Under the pieces are notes generated by a model, which worked only from the letters and a program-made list of their open reading frames with translations, was not told the DNA's origin and did no database searches. This document shows, piece by piece, positions 34,911 to 57,672 of a stretch of 64,000 nucleotides of DNA. The position numbers and the translations under genes are program-made. This stretch comes from the human T2T-CHM13v2.0 reference genome, Homo sapiens: NCBI RefSeq assembly GCF_009914755.1, contig NC_060933.1. One strand, written 5' to 3'. How positions within the stretch are numbered: the stretch's first letter is position 1; each line of letters starts with the position of its first letter.

Positions 34911-36586
34911 ATCTGAATTCTTAACAATGAAAGTATATTAATTTTATAACTACAAGACAACATAGTTTCTTCCACTTTTTAAATCTAGCAAAATGAATGA
35001 CATCCAATAAGTGGATGAAGATATGTTTTTTGGCTTTGAACTTGCCTCTTCTTCCCTAAAGTATTGTCCTTGGAGCAAAACCGGCTATTCTGGCCTTTTC
35101 CCTAAGTTAAAAAAAAAAAAGAAAAGGACCTGGTCACTGCTGGGCTTAAGGATCTTCACTGTTCACAGAATCTCCCTCCTATCCGCTCTGTCTCACTTAA
35201 CAATTTAGCAGTGCCTGCACTTGTTCTTCCCCACTTCACTGTGCTATTCTGGGCCATGGTAATTATTCAGCCAGTGGAGAGTTCTCTTCTGTGACAACTG
35301 AGATACCTCAGGCTAAGAATAGGACTCTGACTGATGAAGGAAGGTGACAGCCGTGGGCTGGGAGGAACTTTGCTCTTCGCCAGGGCTTCATTAAAAGGCC
35401 TAAAACTCAGTTTAATTCTTTGCTCTTCGGTTTGCCATCAGCCTGTGGTTTTGCTGTTCCATGTATCTCTGTGAAATCTTGTCAGCTGTGTAATCACACA
35501 AATAATATGGGCTGGAGATGCTTATGGAGAGTTCCAGGGAATGTTTCTTCTCAGTAGGCTTCCAGCTTGGGACCCTGGGTCTAAGTTTGCCAGACAATTC
35601 TCTATTTCACCTTTGCGAGTCTTTCCTCAGATGCATTTTGGTTTGAGGCCCAAAGGATATTTTTGCATTTTCTAAAAGCTTCTAAGAAAAATCAGTGAAG
35701 TTCTCTGCCCCCTTTGCGCAGTAGGCGCTATTGTAAAGCAGCAAATTATCTTGAAGTTAGAGGATGGGGCTCCCTCACTGCCTCACTCTGCAGCTTTGGA
35801 CAGTGTAAGCTTTTCGAACCTCAGCTTTCTCATCTGTGAAATGGGGGTTATTTAAACCCCACTCTTGGTGTTGTTGTGATGATTAAATGAATGTTTGGAG
35901 CATATCTAACACAATAAGCGCCCAAAGAATGTCAGCCAATAGTCTCCTACAGAGGAGAATATCCACGTGTTTCTCAAGAAGTCCCTTGGGCTCAAGCTCC
36001 AAGGCCCAGAATAGCAACCTCAAAAATGCACCCTTAGACAGTACTGGTTTCCCCTTCTTCAGGATCTCATGCTCCTTCCTCCCTCTGACTTCCTCGGATC
36101 ACCTCTCACATAGGCTAACCTGTATGAAGATCCTTGTCTTGGCCTCTGCTTCAATGAACCCAAGGCGAGATGGCCATAAATGAACAAAAACAGCAGAGTA
36201 TTCTGAAGTTGTTTGTAGCTACACTTTGCAGGAGTTAGCATCATTTGGTCACATGAAAGATGATGATAACAACAATGTTGACAAGAATTAGGATGATTTG
36301 GTATTCCGCTCATTAGATTCTACAAATCTTGCTTTTAGCAAACCAAGGAAGAAGGACTGGATGTGCATGAGTTGCAGGAGGCCTTAAGGGAAGCCAAAAG
36401 CTGGAGGTGATAAAGCACAGACGTATGGACTGATTCAAACTCCCCATACCCCAAATACCTTCTGTTCTTTCTTTAAAAAAAAAAAGTGTGTGCGTTTGTG
36501 TGTTTGTGTATGTTAGGGGGATTATAAAATACCAATGCCCAAAACAGAGTCCTAGTAAACATAACATCAGGATAAGAGATGGTCTG

Positions 36587-37284
<698 letters not shown>

Positions 37285-37544
37285 GTCAGTGTTGGGCAAA
37301 TTACATTTTATTCACTGCAGAGTCAGTTCCCAATTACTCTTATGATTCTGCAAGTCTCTGTCCATTTTCCATGTCTTTGCTTCCCACATGGCTGAGCTGG
37401 CTGTGGCAGCAGAAGTATACCCTTGGTTATCCAGACAGTATCCCTGCATTGCTACAGTGCCACAGTGAGTATGACAAGGAGTCTACAGATGTTGAGATAA
37501 TGAAGGCACCTGGGAAGGCTCAATAACATTGTATGCTTGTTTTG

Positions 37545-38422
<878 letters not shown>

Positions 38423-39105
38423 CATTTCCACATTCCTAAGGGAATGCCCCACGGTGCTTCCAAGACTCTGGATAATGATTATTTGAAATAGAGCAAGGGC
38501 GACGGTGTTGGAAAGGAACAATGGCTGGCTCTACTGTGACAAACAAGGGTAGATGTTTGGTCTAGCTTCCTTCCACCATCCCTGAGAGAAACTCCAAGAA
38601 AAAGGAAGGTCAAAGAAGGATCCTAAGTAAAAAGTGGACACCCAGTAGGTTAAAACACTCCCTCACAACAGAGTTGTTAAGCTTAAATAGTGAATCTTCT
38701 GACAAACTTGAAGAACAGAGCTCCATAAAGGCAGGGACCAAGTCTGCCTCTTTCTAAGATGTGTTCAAAGAGCCTCCCACCTACAGCTCCAGCAACGTGT
38801 GAACAAGAGGGCCATAGAGAGGGCTGGGTACTGGCAAAGATCCGAGAATAAAGATTGTGTCCCTAACTTGCCCAGTAGGGTTACATTCCAAGTGTCCTAA
38901 GGGAGGGCTTACGCACTCAACATGTTGACATTCCACAGGCAGCGCAAGGATTGCAAACCTCTGGGGAGCCCTGTGAAGAGGACCCTTGAGACTTTATGTG
39001 CCTTTTGGCCCAGTTCTTCCGTCATCCTGTTTCTTCAGGAAGGGGCCTGAAAGTTGCAGATGATTCCATTAGAAATTCTGTCTCTGCTGAGAGGGAACAT
39101 TATTA

Positions 39106-39538
39106 TTATTATTATTATTACACTTTAAGTTCTGGGATACATGTGCAGAACGTGCAGGTTTGTTACATAGGTATACATGTGCCATGGTATTTTGCTGCAC
39201 CGACGAACCCATCATATACATTAGGTATTTATGCTAATGCTATCCCTCCCCTTGCTCCCCAACCCCCCGACAGGCCCCAGTGTGTGATGTTCCCCTCCCT
39301 GTGCCCATATGTTCTCATTGTTCAACTCCCACTTATGAGTGAGAACGTGCGGTGTTTGGTTTTCTGTTCCCCTGTTAGTTTGCTGAGAATGATGGTTTCC
39401 AGCTTCATCCATGTTCCTGCAAAGGACATGAACTCATCCTTTTTTATGGCTGCATAGTATTCCGTGGTGTATATGTGCCACATTTTCTTTATCCAGTCTA
39501 CCATTGATGGGCATTTGGGTTGGTTCCAAGTCTTTTCT
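39106..39538 (-). mobile_element. 5'-truncated L1PA (L1PA7/8-like) with a (TAA)n tail
   Basis: 14-bp TSD AGGGAACATTATTA at 39092-39105 and 39539-39552; ORF2 C-terminus in ORF 39322..39504. Confidence 0.93.
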
Positions 39539-39815
39539 AGGGAACATTATTAATCATGTGGATTTGCATGCATGTATTGAGTGGTTATTTGGCACCAGAC
39601 ATTGAATAGGGTAGGAATGTGTCTTGCTGACTCCATAGCCCCAACAGTTGTTCAGAGTTGATGGGGAAATGCTAACACAACGAAGGAAGAACCAGAGACG
39701 AGCAAGGTTGGGAGAGGCAACCTAAAGAAAAGGAAGAGAAGAGTGGGGCTGAAGCCTCAGCGTCCTTCCTCTCACTGCAACTGCTGGGCTACCCTTTAAC
39801 AATGAAGTCAAATAG

Positions 39816-40395
<580 letters not shown>

Positions 40396-40898
40396 CCACT
40401 TCCTCTTTCAATATGACCAGTTTTGTTTTTCGGAAGTGCTTCCAACTAGATTCATTAGTGCTGTTCTCTCTTGCTTTAAGTATTACCTTAAATGTCACCT
40501 CCTCCAGGAGGCCTTCCAAGGCTGAGTTAAAAGGCCCCACCATGGGATCCCACAGTAGCTTGTGCTTCTCCCTAATAAATAATTGATCAAATTGCTGAAA
40601 ATGCCGATTACTGCCCCTATTTTGGACTGTAAGCTCTGTGAGAGAAGAAAATCCGTTTTCTTCCATTTTAACTTCAGCACAGGGCATGTGGAGGGTGTTC
40701 AATAAGTACGTGTTGGGTTCAAAACAGGAAAAGAGATACTTATTCATTTTCTTCCCTTTAGACTTCCCTGGAGCAAAAGAGAATGGGGAGAAATGCTGGA
40801 GAACTTTCGTAAGGAAAATACACATCCTACAATATTTTGTTTCTATTAAACAACATTTACACCAGGATTGGGGCTATTATGTTGTAGTGAAATATAGT

Positions 40899-41267
40899 TG
40901 TATTAGTCTGTTTTCACACTGCTGATAAAGACATACCCAAGACTGGGTAATTTATAAAGAAAAAGAGGTTTAACAAACACACAGTTTCATGTGGCTAGGG
41001 AAGCCTCACAATCATGGTGGAAAGTGAAAGGCACATCTTACGTGGCGGCAGGCAAGAAAGAATGACAGCCAAGTGAAAGGTGAAAGGGGAAACCCCTTAT
41101 AAAACCATCAGATCTCATGACACTTATTCATTACCGTAAGAACAGCATGGGGGGAACCACCCCTATGATTCAATTATCTCCCAGTGGGTCCCTCCCACAA
41201 CATGTGGGAATTATGGGAGCTACAATTCAAGATGAGATTTGGGTGGGGACACAGCCAAACCATATCA
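40899..41267 (-). mobile_element. THE1 (MaLR) solo LTR
   Basis: TGTATTAGTC...GGGGACACAGCCAAACCATATCA; near-TSD atagt/gtagt. Confidence 0.92.
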
Positions 41268-42156
41268 GTAGTTAAACGTTGGCAGTCCTCAAGATTTGAG
41301 ACATCAGGGTCTGAGAACAGGGAGTGGGTCATTCTAGACAGGTAAGCAGTCATGCTATGTGTTCCTCCATCGGGGAATAGTCAGGTGCACAGCAAGGAGA
41401 GAAACTGAGAGGACTGGTTCTTATTTGGGGAGACTTTCTTGCCTAGATGTTGAGTGCTGAGTTTTCTAGATATGATTCCTAGAGAAAATGTTTTAGTTTT
41501 GGTTTGACCTTTTTAAAATAAGAACTTAATTTTGATTGTTGTTAAAGTAATGCATATCTATAGTTTTTTTTAATCAAATGTTTCATAAAAACATCTATAA
41601 CAAAATAAAGCAGCCCCTATCCCTCCTGTCCCCATCCCCAGTTCTGCTCTCTGAGACAATCACTTTCAAACTCAGTCAGCTGGGGTTTTTGTTGTTGTTG
41701 TTATTTACCCCCCTATTTCTAAAGATTATGCTGATGCTGCTATTTTTTATTTATGTATTTTGACACTATCTATCCGATGACTTCTTATTTTTATGCAGGA
41801 TGTGCCTCACTTAATCTCATTCCTACATAAATTCCCTTATCCCATCTTCTCAGTAGGGTTATTTTTGTCAGAGATGATAAGATTCCATTGCATATAACAG
41901 GAAATGCAAAACGACAGTGGTTTTAGCAGAATTTTCTTCTCTTTTGAGTAAAAGCAGTTGGGAAGTAGGTCTTTCAGGGCTGGGATGGTGCATCCACAGG
42001 TACCTGGAAGAATTAGGAAACACATAGAAAACTAAACAAGTGGAAAAAATGAAGTAATTACTAACTCCAGGAATAAGTGAATAATTAAGGATAAAGGATA
42101 AACAATATGAATGCTCTCTGAGTCAAAGTGCCATAAAAATGGCATGAGCATCATCA

Positions 42157-42206
42157 TGTAAACACGATTTAACTCGTGTTTACACGAGTTAAATAATTAC
42201 ACGATT
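42157..42206. repeat. Overlapping inverted repeats / palindrome
   Basis: ATTTAACTCGTGT-TT-ACACGAGTTAAAT (42167-42194), plus TGTAAACACGA / TCGTGTTTACA. Confidence 0.9.
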
Positions 42207-42359
42207 GCCCCGATGGACTGCTTGCTCCCGAGGCCTGATTCACAGCTGTCATCTGGATTTTCCCTTTCTGGGCACCCATGTTAATTCTCCCATGTCTTTC
42301 ATTCTTGGTTTACTTACTCGTTTTTTGCTTATTTTTGTGAGAATATTGCCTTCCAGTAG

Positions 42360-43078
<719 letters not shown>

Positions 43079-44339
43079 CCATTGCACTTCATTTTCAATG
43101 TGGGAGTGGAATTAAGGTTGAAAACATAGTACCCAGTGATGCTAGAAGACCAGGGCCATTCTGATTCCTGATTCTTCATGTATGAACAGTTTATTTATTT
43201 TGGATCTTGTGATGCTCTTAGGCACTTTATTTATGTCTGATGTTTTAATATTTCCCAGAGATATATATGTGAGTGAGCACTTTTTTATTCATTGCACTTG
43301 GGCATGTTGTGGGTCTTTCAGTCTGAAGACTTAGGTTTGTCAGTTCTGACTTTAAAAAATCGTTTGTTAATTTTCTTCCTTCTTTTTTCCCTTTCTGGAC
43401 CTCCTATTCATAAGATATTGGATCTCCTAAATTCATTTTCTAGTTTTTCTCATGTTTTTTCTCTTATTATCCATCTGTTTTGTCTTTGTGTTTTTTCTGT
43501 GAGATTTTCTCAAATTTTTTTTTTTTTGCCAAAAGAGCGTCAATTTCTCAAAAAATTATTTTATTTTATTTCTTGCTATTGAGATTTATTTTATTTTTTG
43601 CTGTTGAGATATTCTCAATGTTATCTTCTAAATATTCTAGTAAAAATGTATTGCTGCTATTTCACTTTCTTGTTCTTTGTTCCTTTAAAGAAATCCTCTT
43701 CCAATTTACTATTGTCTATCATCGCACTGAAAATAACAGTGTTTTGTTTTGCTTTAATCTTTTCCTGCTTTCTTCATTGTCTGTTTCCTCTGAGCTCCTT
43801 ATTCCTTTTGTTTCCTTAATCTCCTTCTTGTGAGAGAGGCTTTCCTCAAGTGTTTGGTGATCCTTGGCTGACCATTCATGTTTGAGAATGAGTCCTAGTG
43901 AAGGAAAGTATGGAAGACATATCCAAATGCAAAGACATGCTGAGAGCAGAACAAACAGAACAGAAATGCAGAATAATAGCCGGATTGGCACCACAAACCT
44001 GCTGGGCTTTAGTTTTGGGAGCAGGCATAGTCAGCCAGGAGTTTGACTCCAATAAGTAGGGGTAAGAAAAAATGTTTTTCATGAAATCCATAGTTTTTAT
44101 ATTCATCTCAACCATCAAAAAGAGTGAAAGCAAAATGTAGATTATTCAGACATACAAAAACTAAGATGGTTTAATACTCCCAGACTTTCACCAAAAGAAT
44201 TATTAAATGATGTGTTCAATTGGAAGTGAAGTTAATCTAAAAAGATAAACAAGATAAAATGGTGAACACAGAAATTGAAACAATATGTCAGTGAATATAA
44301 TTAATTATCAACTGTAAAAATTGGAAAGCATTTTATTTC

Positions 44340-47170
<2,831 letters not shown>

Positions 47171-47329
47171 TTTTAATTTTAAAGCAGTTGCTCCAAGGAT
47201 TATAATATGATATTTAACTTCTGATAATCTACTCCAGATTAACACTAATTCTGCTAAAATATAGCAACATTGTTCCATGATAGGTTCATACCCCACCCTG
47301 TGCTATTATTGACATATGTGTTCAATCCA

Positions 47330-49880
47330 TATGTGTTATAAACCCCAAGATATAACTATGTTTTGTTAGAAGAAAGGATAAACTAAAATTCAGGTCAACA
47401 GTAACATGAAAGGATGGAGGTGGGCAAAAGGATTTCTGTGTGTAAATCATAGGCCTTTTTCAAGTCTTGCAGTAGCATTGAAATATTGAATAGCTTTCAA
47501 CATTTACAGAAAAAAAAGGCTGGCCTTAGGGTAACACTAAAAGCACAAGCCATGCAAGTATAGAATACAAATCACCCTAGGGAGAAAAGAAGGGAAAATG
47601 CAGAAAACGTTATCAATCCATCAGTCTAGAAAAGAGAAAAAAATAAAAATATCTTGAGATAAAATAGACAATATATGGTAGAAAAAGGTCAAAACGAATC
47701 AGTAAATACAACAAAGTTAAATATACTACATTTGTTTATTAAAGACAGACATAATCAAATTGGGTCTTTGAGGTATAACTATACTTATGCCAGCCAGGTG
47801 CAGTGGCTCAGACCTGTAGTCCCACCATTTGGGAGTCCAAAGCAGGTGGATTGCTTGAGCCCAGAAATTCAAGACCAGCTTGGACAACAGTGAAATGCCA
47901 TCTTTGCAAAAATAAAACAATTAGCTGGGTATGGTGGTGCGTGCCTGTAGTCCCAGCTACTCGGGAGGCTGAGGTGGGAGGATCACTTGAGCCAGGGAGT
48001 CAGGGTTTGCAGTGAGCTGAGATCACACCACTGCATTCCAGTCTGGGTGACAGAATGAGACCCTATTTTAAGGAAACAACAACAACACCAACAAAACAAA
48101 ACCTGTACTTACAACAGAGACAACTAAAACAAAGACACACAGAAAAGTTGAAAACAGATGAATGGCGAAAGATATAGCAAGCAAATACTAAACAAAAGAA
48201 AGCTTCTTAAAGCAGAAAAATTTAATAAACAAAAGCATTAGCGGAGTAAAGAGGGACCACTGTACCTAACAACTACAAAATATGAAACTGCCAGAATTAT
48301 AAGAAGACGTGAACAAATCCACAAACATATTAAAGATTTTAGCATAATTCTAATAGAAATATATATATATTTTAAAAAGATAATGATTTAAAAGATTTAA
48401 CAATCAAATTAACAAGCAAACTTGATTTAGACATTCTTTTGCAATAACATGAGATATTTACAAAAGATTGCCCACTCACTATTTTCAAAGGAAATCTCAA
48501 CACACTTCCAAGGACTGATATTTCAGCTCAGACAACATTTTACTAATCATGATGAAATTAAAGTAGAAAGACATTTTAAAATCACACATGTATTAGGAGC
48601 TTTAAAAGTGATCTCTTGAATGTCTTTTGGGTTTAGGAGGAAATCACTAGGAATTACATAATATTTAGAACTAAGTGACTAGGAAGGTAGTATACATAAA
48701 CTTATTGCCTCTAAAACAGTATGTATAGTTGTTTGAGATAGGAAAAACCAAACTGTTTTTCCTACTCTAACTCCCAATACATTCAATACAAAATACTTCA
48801 CCTCTAATCAACAAAATGTGTGGGGACTTCCCCCACCAACAACCAGTTCTCCAGCGGACAATGAGTTAATTTAATTCAATTCTGACACTACTTACCTGGA
48901 GATAGCATCAGATCTCACAGATTAAAGGCTCAGTCTCACAACACTGTTCCCACTTCAGATGCCAGTTACAAATCCCAGGTCATATTTGACGCAGACTTCT
49001 GACCAACCAGCTATAAATTGGGGGCGACCATGACCTTGTCTTTGTGTTTAATTAGTTTACAAGAGCAGCTCACAGAACCGAGGGAAACATTGTACTTATG
49101 TTTACCCATTTATATAAAGGATATTACAAAGGATGCAGATGACCAGCCAGGTGTCTTCTGAAGATGCACAGGGCAAGGCAGATGGGAAGGGGCGTGGAGC
49201 TTCTATACCTTCTCTGGCTGCTCCATCCTCCAGGCACCTCCGCATGTTCCAAAACCTAGAAGCTCTCTGAATTCCGTTCAGGGATTTTTATGGAGGTTTC
49301 ATCAGGTAGGCATGATTATTAACTCAGTCTCCATCCCCTCTTCCCTTTCTGGAAGATGGGGGTTGAGGCTGAAAGTTCCACGCTTCTAATTATGGCTTGG
49401 TCTTTCTGGTGACCAGCCGCCATCCAAGAGCTCACCAAGAGCCACTTCACTAGAACAAAAGATATGCCTATCACCCAGGAAATTCCACGGGATTAGGAGC
49501 TATGTGCCAGGAACCACATGATAGTCTAATTCCTTATTATTTTTGAAAAACAAGTTTGAAAATAAATGAATTATGTATCCAATTCAAGAACCTAGAAAAA
49601 GAACAATAGAATAACCTAAAGTAAGCAAATAAAATGAAATAATAAAGGAAAAATGCAAAAACTAGAAAATAAGAATTAATAGAGAAGATCAACAATCCTA
49701 AAGGTGTTACTTTGACACAAAATATGAAACAGACAAAGTGCTAGCCTGACTGACCAAGAAAAGACAGAAAGGACACAAATATAAAATATTAGGACCAAAG
49801 TAGTGAAAATAATTACTGATACAATTGAGATTTTAAAAACAAAAAGAGTGCAATAGTTTTATACCAATAAACCTGAAAAC
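47330..49880 (+). mobile_element. Ancient L1M(E) fragments interrupted by AluJ (~47790-48070) and a MER21 LTR
   Basis: A-rich degenerate L1 ORF2-like sequence. Confidence 0.55.
48730..49525 (-). mobile_element. MER21-family LTR
   Basis: ttcaattctgacactacttacctggagatagcatcagatc...tatcacccaggaaattccacgggattaggagc...ccaggaacc. Confidence 0.75.
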
Positions 49881-49969
49881 TTTCATGTGGTTGAGACTGC
49901 TGGTTTTCCAAACCCATTCTTCTGTTCTTCCTCAATAATGGAACTTCTGATTTTTAGTTAGATGCATGG

Positions 49970-52723
<2,754 letters not shown>

Positions 52724-53119
52724 CATGGCTACATGAATAAAGAAGACATTTATTAGCAATCCTTGTAACTAGGAGTTCTGATCAATGAATTAGAGTACAT
52801 ATTGTATGACAACTTCTGGGAAGTTCTCTAAAAAGTCAGCTGGTATCTACCACTTTTTCTCTCTTCATTATTTAATCAATCAGCTAGCTGGAATGTGGAC
52901 ATGATGTCTGGATCTGAAGCAGCTACGTTCCACCACGAGGTGGAGTTGTGTGTAGGATAGCAGAGCAGCAACATAAAATGAACCTAGGTCCCCAATAACT
53001 TTGTGACACTATCTGCCAATCCTGTACAGGCTACCTCTGGAATTCTTTTATGTCGCTGAAAAATGAACTTATAGCTTGTTGAGCCCATGTTATTTTAGGT
53101 TTTCTGCTACTTGCAGCCA

Positions 53120-53672
53120 TCAGGAGCATTTGTGATGTAGCATTTCTCAGTGCTGAACTATTGATTACAGAATTTTTTGTCAAGCTTCTGACACCCATCT
53201 TGAGAAGTTTTTTAGTATGTGTTGGGCAATTCTTCTGTACACATCTCAGTTACAAAATGTAATGCAATGTCATCTTATTCTTTCTTGGGTCTCATAAAGC
53301 ACAAGTCTGCAAGGGAAGTATCTATTTAATCAAAGTCATTTCTCCAACAATGAACATCTGTTTCACAAATATCAACTTTCTACCCAATTGATCTGTTTCA
53401 GCACCTTTCTGGATAAACAATAACTTCTCGTTTCCATGATGAATTGTAGTGTAATCTTTTTGAAGATTGCTTAACTCAACACACACATATAATAACGCAC
53501 ACAACTGAATTGAAGTTATGATAATGTGAACAGCCATGATGAAGTTCAGTTTTGTACAGGCAGCAACAAATGTCATGACGATTGCTGGTGAACAGAAAAT
53601 TATACAATGTCGTAGATTGCTAGAGGCAGCCTCATTTCAAAGATAATAAAATGGCTTAAAATCAATGACGTA
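53120..53672. mobile_element. Old Tc1/mariner-type (Kanga/MER104-like) DNA transposon fragment
   Basis: End motif gcctcatttcaaagataataaaatggcttaaaatcaatga resembles TcMar-Tc2 termini; family call tentative. Confidence 0.35.
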
Positions 53673-54378
53673 TAAATAGGTTTTGATATCTAACAGGGAA
53701 AACTCTTTCATCATGATGATTGTTTTTTTAAGCCACTAAATTTTGGGAGTGATTTGCTATGCAACAAAAGCCAAGGGATGAAATCGTTGACAAAGTAACT
53801 GGAAAATGCCTGTCTGTAAAATTAATTATACAAATTCCTCATTAAATAAAAAGTTGGACGTCTATCTGTACAACATCAATTGGTGACTGTACATTTTTTG
53901 TGCTTATGATAAAAGTAGAGATAACTTCTGAGTCATTCTCTTTAGTTTAATGTCAACTTGTTCTTTCTGAAAATAACTACCTAGCTTGGGAAAGCTGAAA
54001 GTCACCCAGACTTAGGCCAGACAGGAAAGACAGGTGAGCTCAGACAAACCACCACTCACATTTGTGGCTGAGAACTCAGGCTGATATTTATGGATTCAGT
54101 CATTTAAAAATATGTGCTTTTAGTGATGAGTAATACACCTTTCCAGAATTAAAAGGTTCTCCCTGTTGTCACTTCCATTCCAGTCCCTGTCCTCTCTTAC
54201 AGAGGAATAAAATGTCATTTGAATAACCTAGCACTTACATTTTTAAACAGAATATCATTTTGCTATGGATAGAATTTGAAGCTGGGTGATGGCACATTGG
54301 GATTCATTGTTCAATTCTCTCTAGTCTGTGGAATGTCTGAAAATTTTCATAATAAAACATTTATTTAAAAGGCTGCCA

Positions 54379-54777
<399 letters not shown>

Positions 54778-55066
54778 TTAGCCACTCATGTGTTATTCTT
54801 TAAGAAGCATCTAAATCATTTCTGCTAGAGGTAGACTCTAAAATATTTATGAGTGAAATGATATGATGTTTTCAGTTTGCTTTAAAGAGCTCCAGTGGTG
54901 GAGGGAGTAGAGTATGGAGGCAATAAGTTTGGCCATCAGTTGGTAATGGTTGAAGCTGGGTTATGGGTACATGAGACTTCTTATACTGTCCTCTCTACTC
55001 TAGTGGCTGTAAAAAATGTTCAGTTCATAAAAGTGTTCATAAAAACACTTTTAAAAATGTTCATGG

Positions 55067-55950
<884 letters not shown>

Positions 55951-56206
55951 TGTCTAGTTTTTAGAAATGATATGAGGGAGAGAGAAATAACAGAAAAAAC
56001 TGAGACTGTAAGTGAAGGGAACAGACATTGCTTGATGTCTGAAAAATATGGTAATCCTCACACTATCCTCCCACATAGCCATCATTTTCTTAAACAGGGT
56101 GTCTGGTTTACTCTCCTGTCTCCACCTTTTTTCCCCAAAGTCTCTGTGTTTCAGGGACAGGAGCTGATGGCCTCATAGAGCCAGTCACAGACAAGATTGA
56201 AAAGTA

Positions 56207-56665
56207 GGGCCAGGCCAACTGGCTCACACCTGTACTCCCAGCACTTTGGGAGGCGAGGTGGGTGGACCACCTGAGGTCAGGAGATCGAGACCAGCCTGGC
56301 CAACATGGTGAAATCCTGTCTCTACTAAAAATAAAAAAAATAGCTGAGTGTGGTGGCATGTGCCTGCAGTACCAGCTACTTGGGAGGTTGAGGCAGGAGA
56401 ATCACTTGGGAGGCAGAGGTTGCAGTGAGCTGAGATGATGCCACTGCACTCCAGGCTGGCCAACAGAGTGGGACTCCATCTCAAAAGAAGAAAGAAAGAA
56501 AGAAAAAGAAAGAAAGAGAGAGAAAGAAAGAAGAAAGAAGGAAGAAAGAAAGAAAGAAGAAAGAAGGAAGAAAGAAAGAAAGAAAAAAGAGAAAGAAAGA
56601 AAAAGGAAGGGAGGGAGGGAGGAAGGAAGGAAGGGAGGAAGGGAGAGGGAGTGAGGGAGGGAAGA
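56207..56665 (+). mobile_element. Alu (~56207-56487) with an expanded (GAAA)/(GGAA) purine tail
   Basis: Alu dimer then ~180 bp of almost pure purines; TSD-like aagattgaaaagtagg / aagattgagaagtagg. Confidence 0.9.
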
Positions 56666-57314
56666 TTGAGAAGTAGGGAGAGCTACCCTTCCATGCGAGT
56701 CAGCTAGGCTTGGGTTGCTCCCCCAGGGAAAGTTCCATACTTGTCCTGTCTTTCTCTCTTCCTAACCAGACCTAACCAGTAAGCAGCTCTTCTCATTTTT
56801 CTGATGAGAAAACTAAGTCCCACAGGAGAAAGTGGAGCATGTACACCGACCAAGGGAAGGAGGCAGGAGGAAGGGGCTGACACTTCCCACACAGACCTCT
56901 GGTTCTTCCAGTCCGTCCTGCTGATTTTCACCGCAGCCCAGGCACTCCCCATAGCTACCTAGAAGTCAGCTTTGTCTTGGGAAACACTCCCAGAGTGCTC
57001 TTGTAGAACTCAGCAGAAGCTCTTCGTGGAACATCACTTGGACGAAGGCCAATAGTCGCCTTCATCAGAAGTTAAAAATACCAACGGTCATTTATAAACA
57101 CGTTCTTCACTCAACATAGCAGATGTTAGTTTGCAAACACAGCCTTTTAAAGACAGACAAGGCCAGATTACTCCTCCCCCAACTCCAAAAAGCAGGTAAA
57201 AGTATTTTAAACAAGTTATTTCTGCCAATTACCTGTCTGATTTGTTGGTTCACTTGTTTATATGTTATCTATCCCCCAAGGAGTATTTTTGTGGCTTGCA
57301 GAAATGTGCACAGT

Positions 57315-57672
57315 AAAACAGGATTTTTTAAATTTTATTTTTATTTTTTTTTTAGAAAAGAGAGAGAACATCATCACAATGAAGAAAGCCTGGTGCAGTA
57401 AATCAAGGTGGTGCCAGGGATGACTTGCGTATATACAACGTTTGCCATGGAGTCCTGTGCTCTTTGCAGAGGTGAGATTCAGGTTTGACTCTGAACTTCT
57501 CAGCAGCTGAAACCAAAGTAGACAATGGCATCAATAACAAGAGCCACACAATCATTAGAATAAAAAAATCCCAGCTATCAGGAGAAACAGAAACTTTCCA
57601 GGAACTTCTGTTCTTATCACTCCCAGGAGGCCCTTGTGTGATATAAAAGGGACAATACCTTCAAAATCACTC
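57315..57672 (-). ncRNA. BANCR: BANCR (BRAF-activated non-coding RNA) terminal exon
   Basis: Exact matches to sequences I remember as common BANCR qPCR primers: ATGAAGAAAGCCTGGTGCAGT (57379-57399) and revcomp of ACAGGACTCCATGGCAAACG (57439-57458). Minus-strand acceptor ttgtttttattgcag|G at 57673/57672; tandem minus-strand AATAAA at 57334-57345. Location downstream of TJP2 fits. Exon ends are inferred. Confidence 0.8.
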
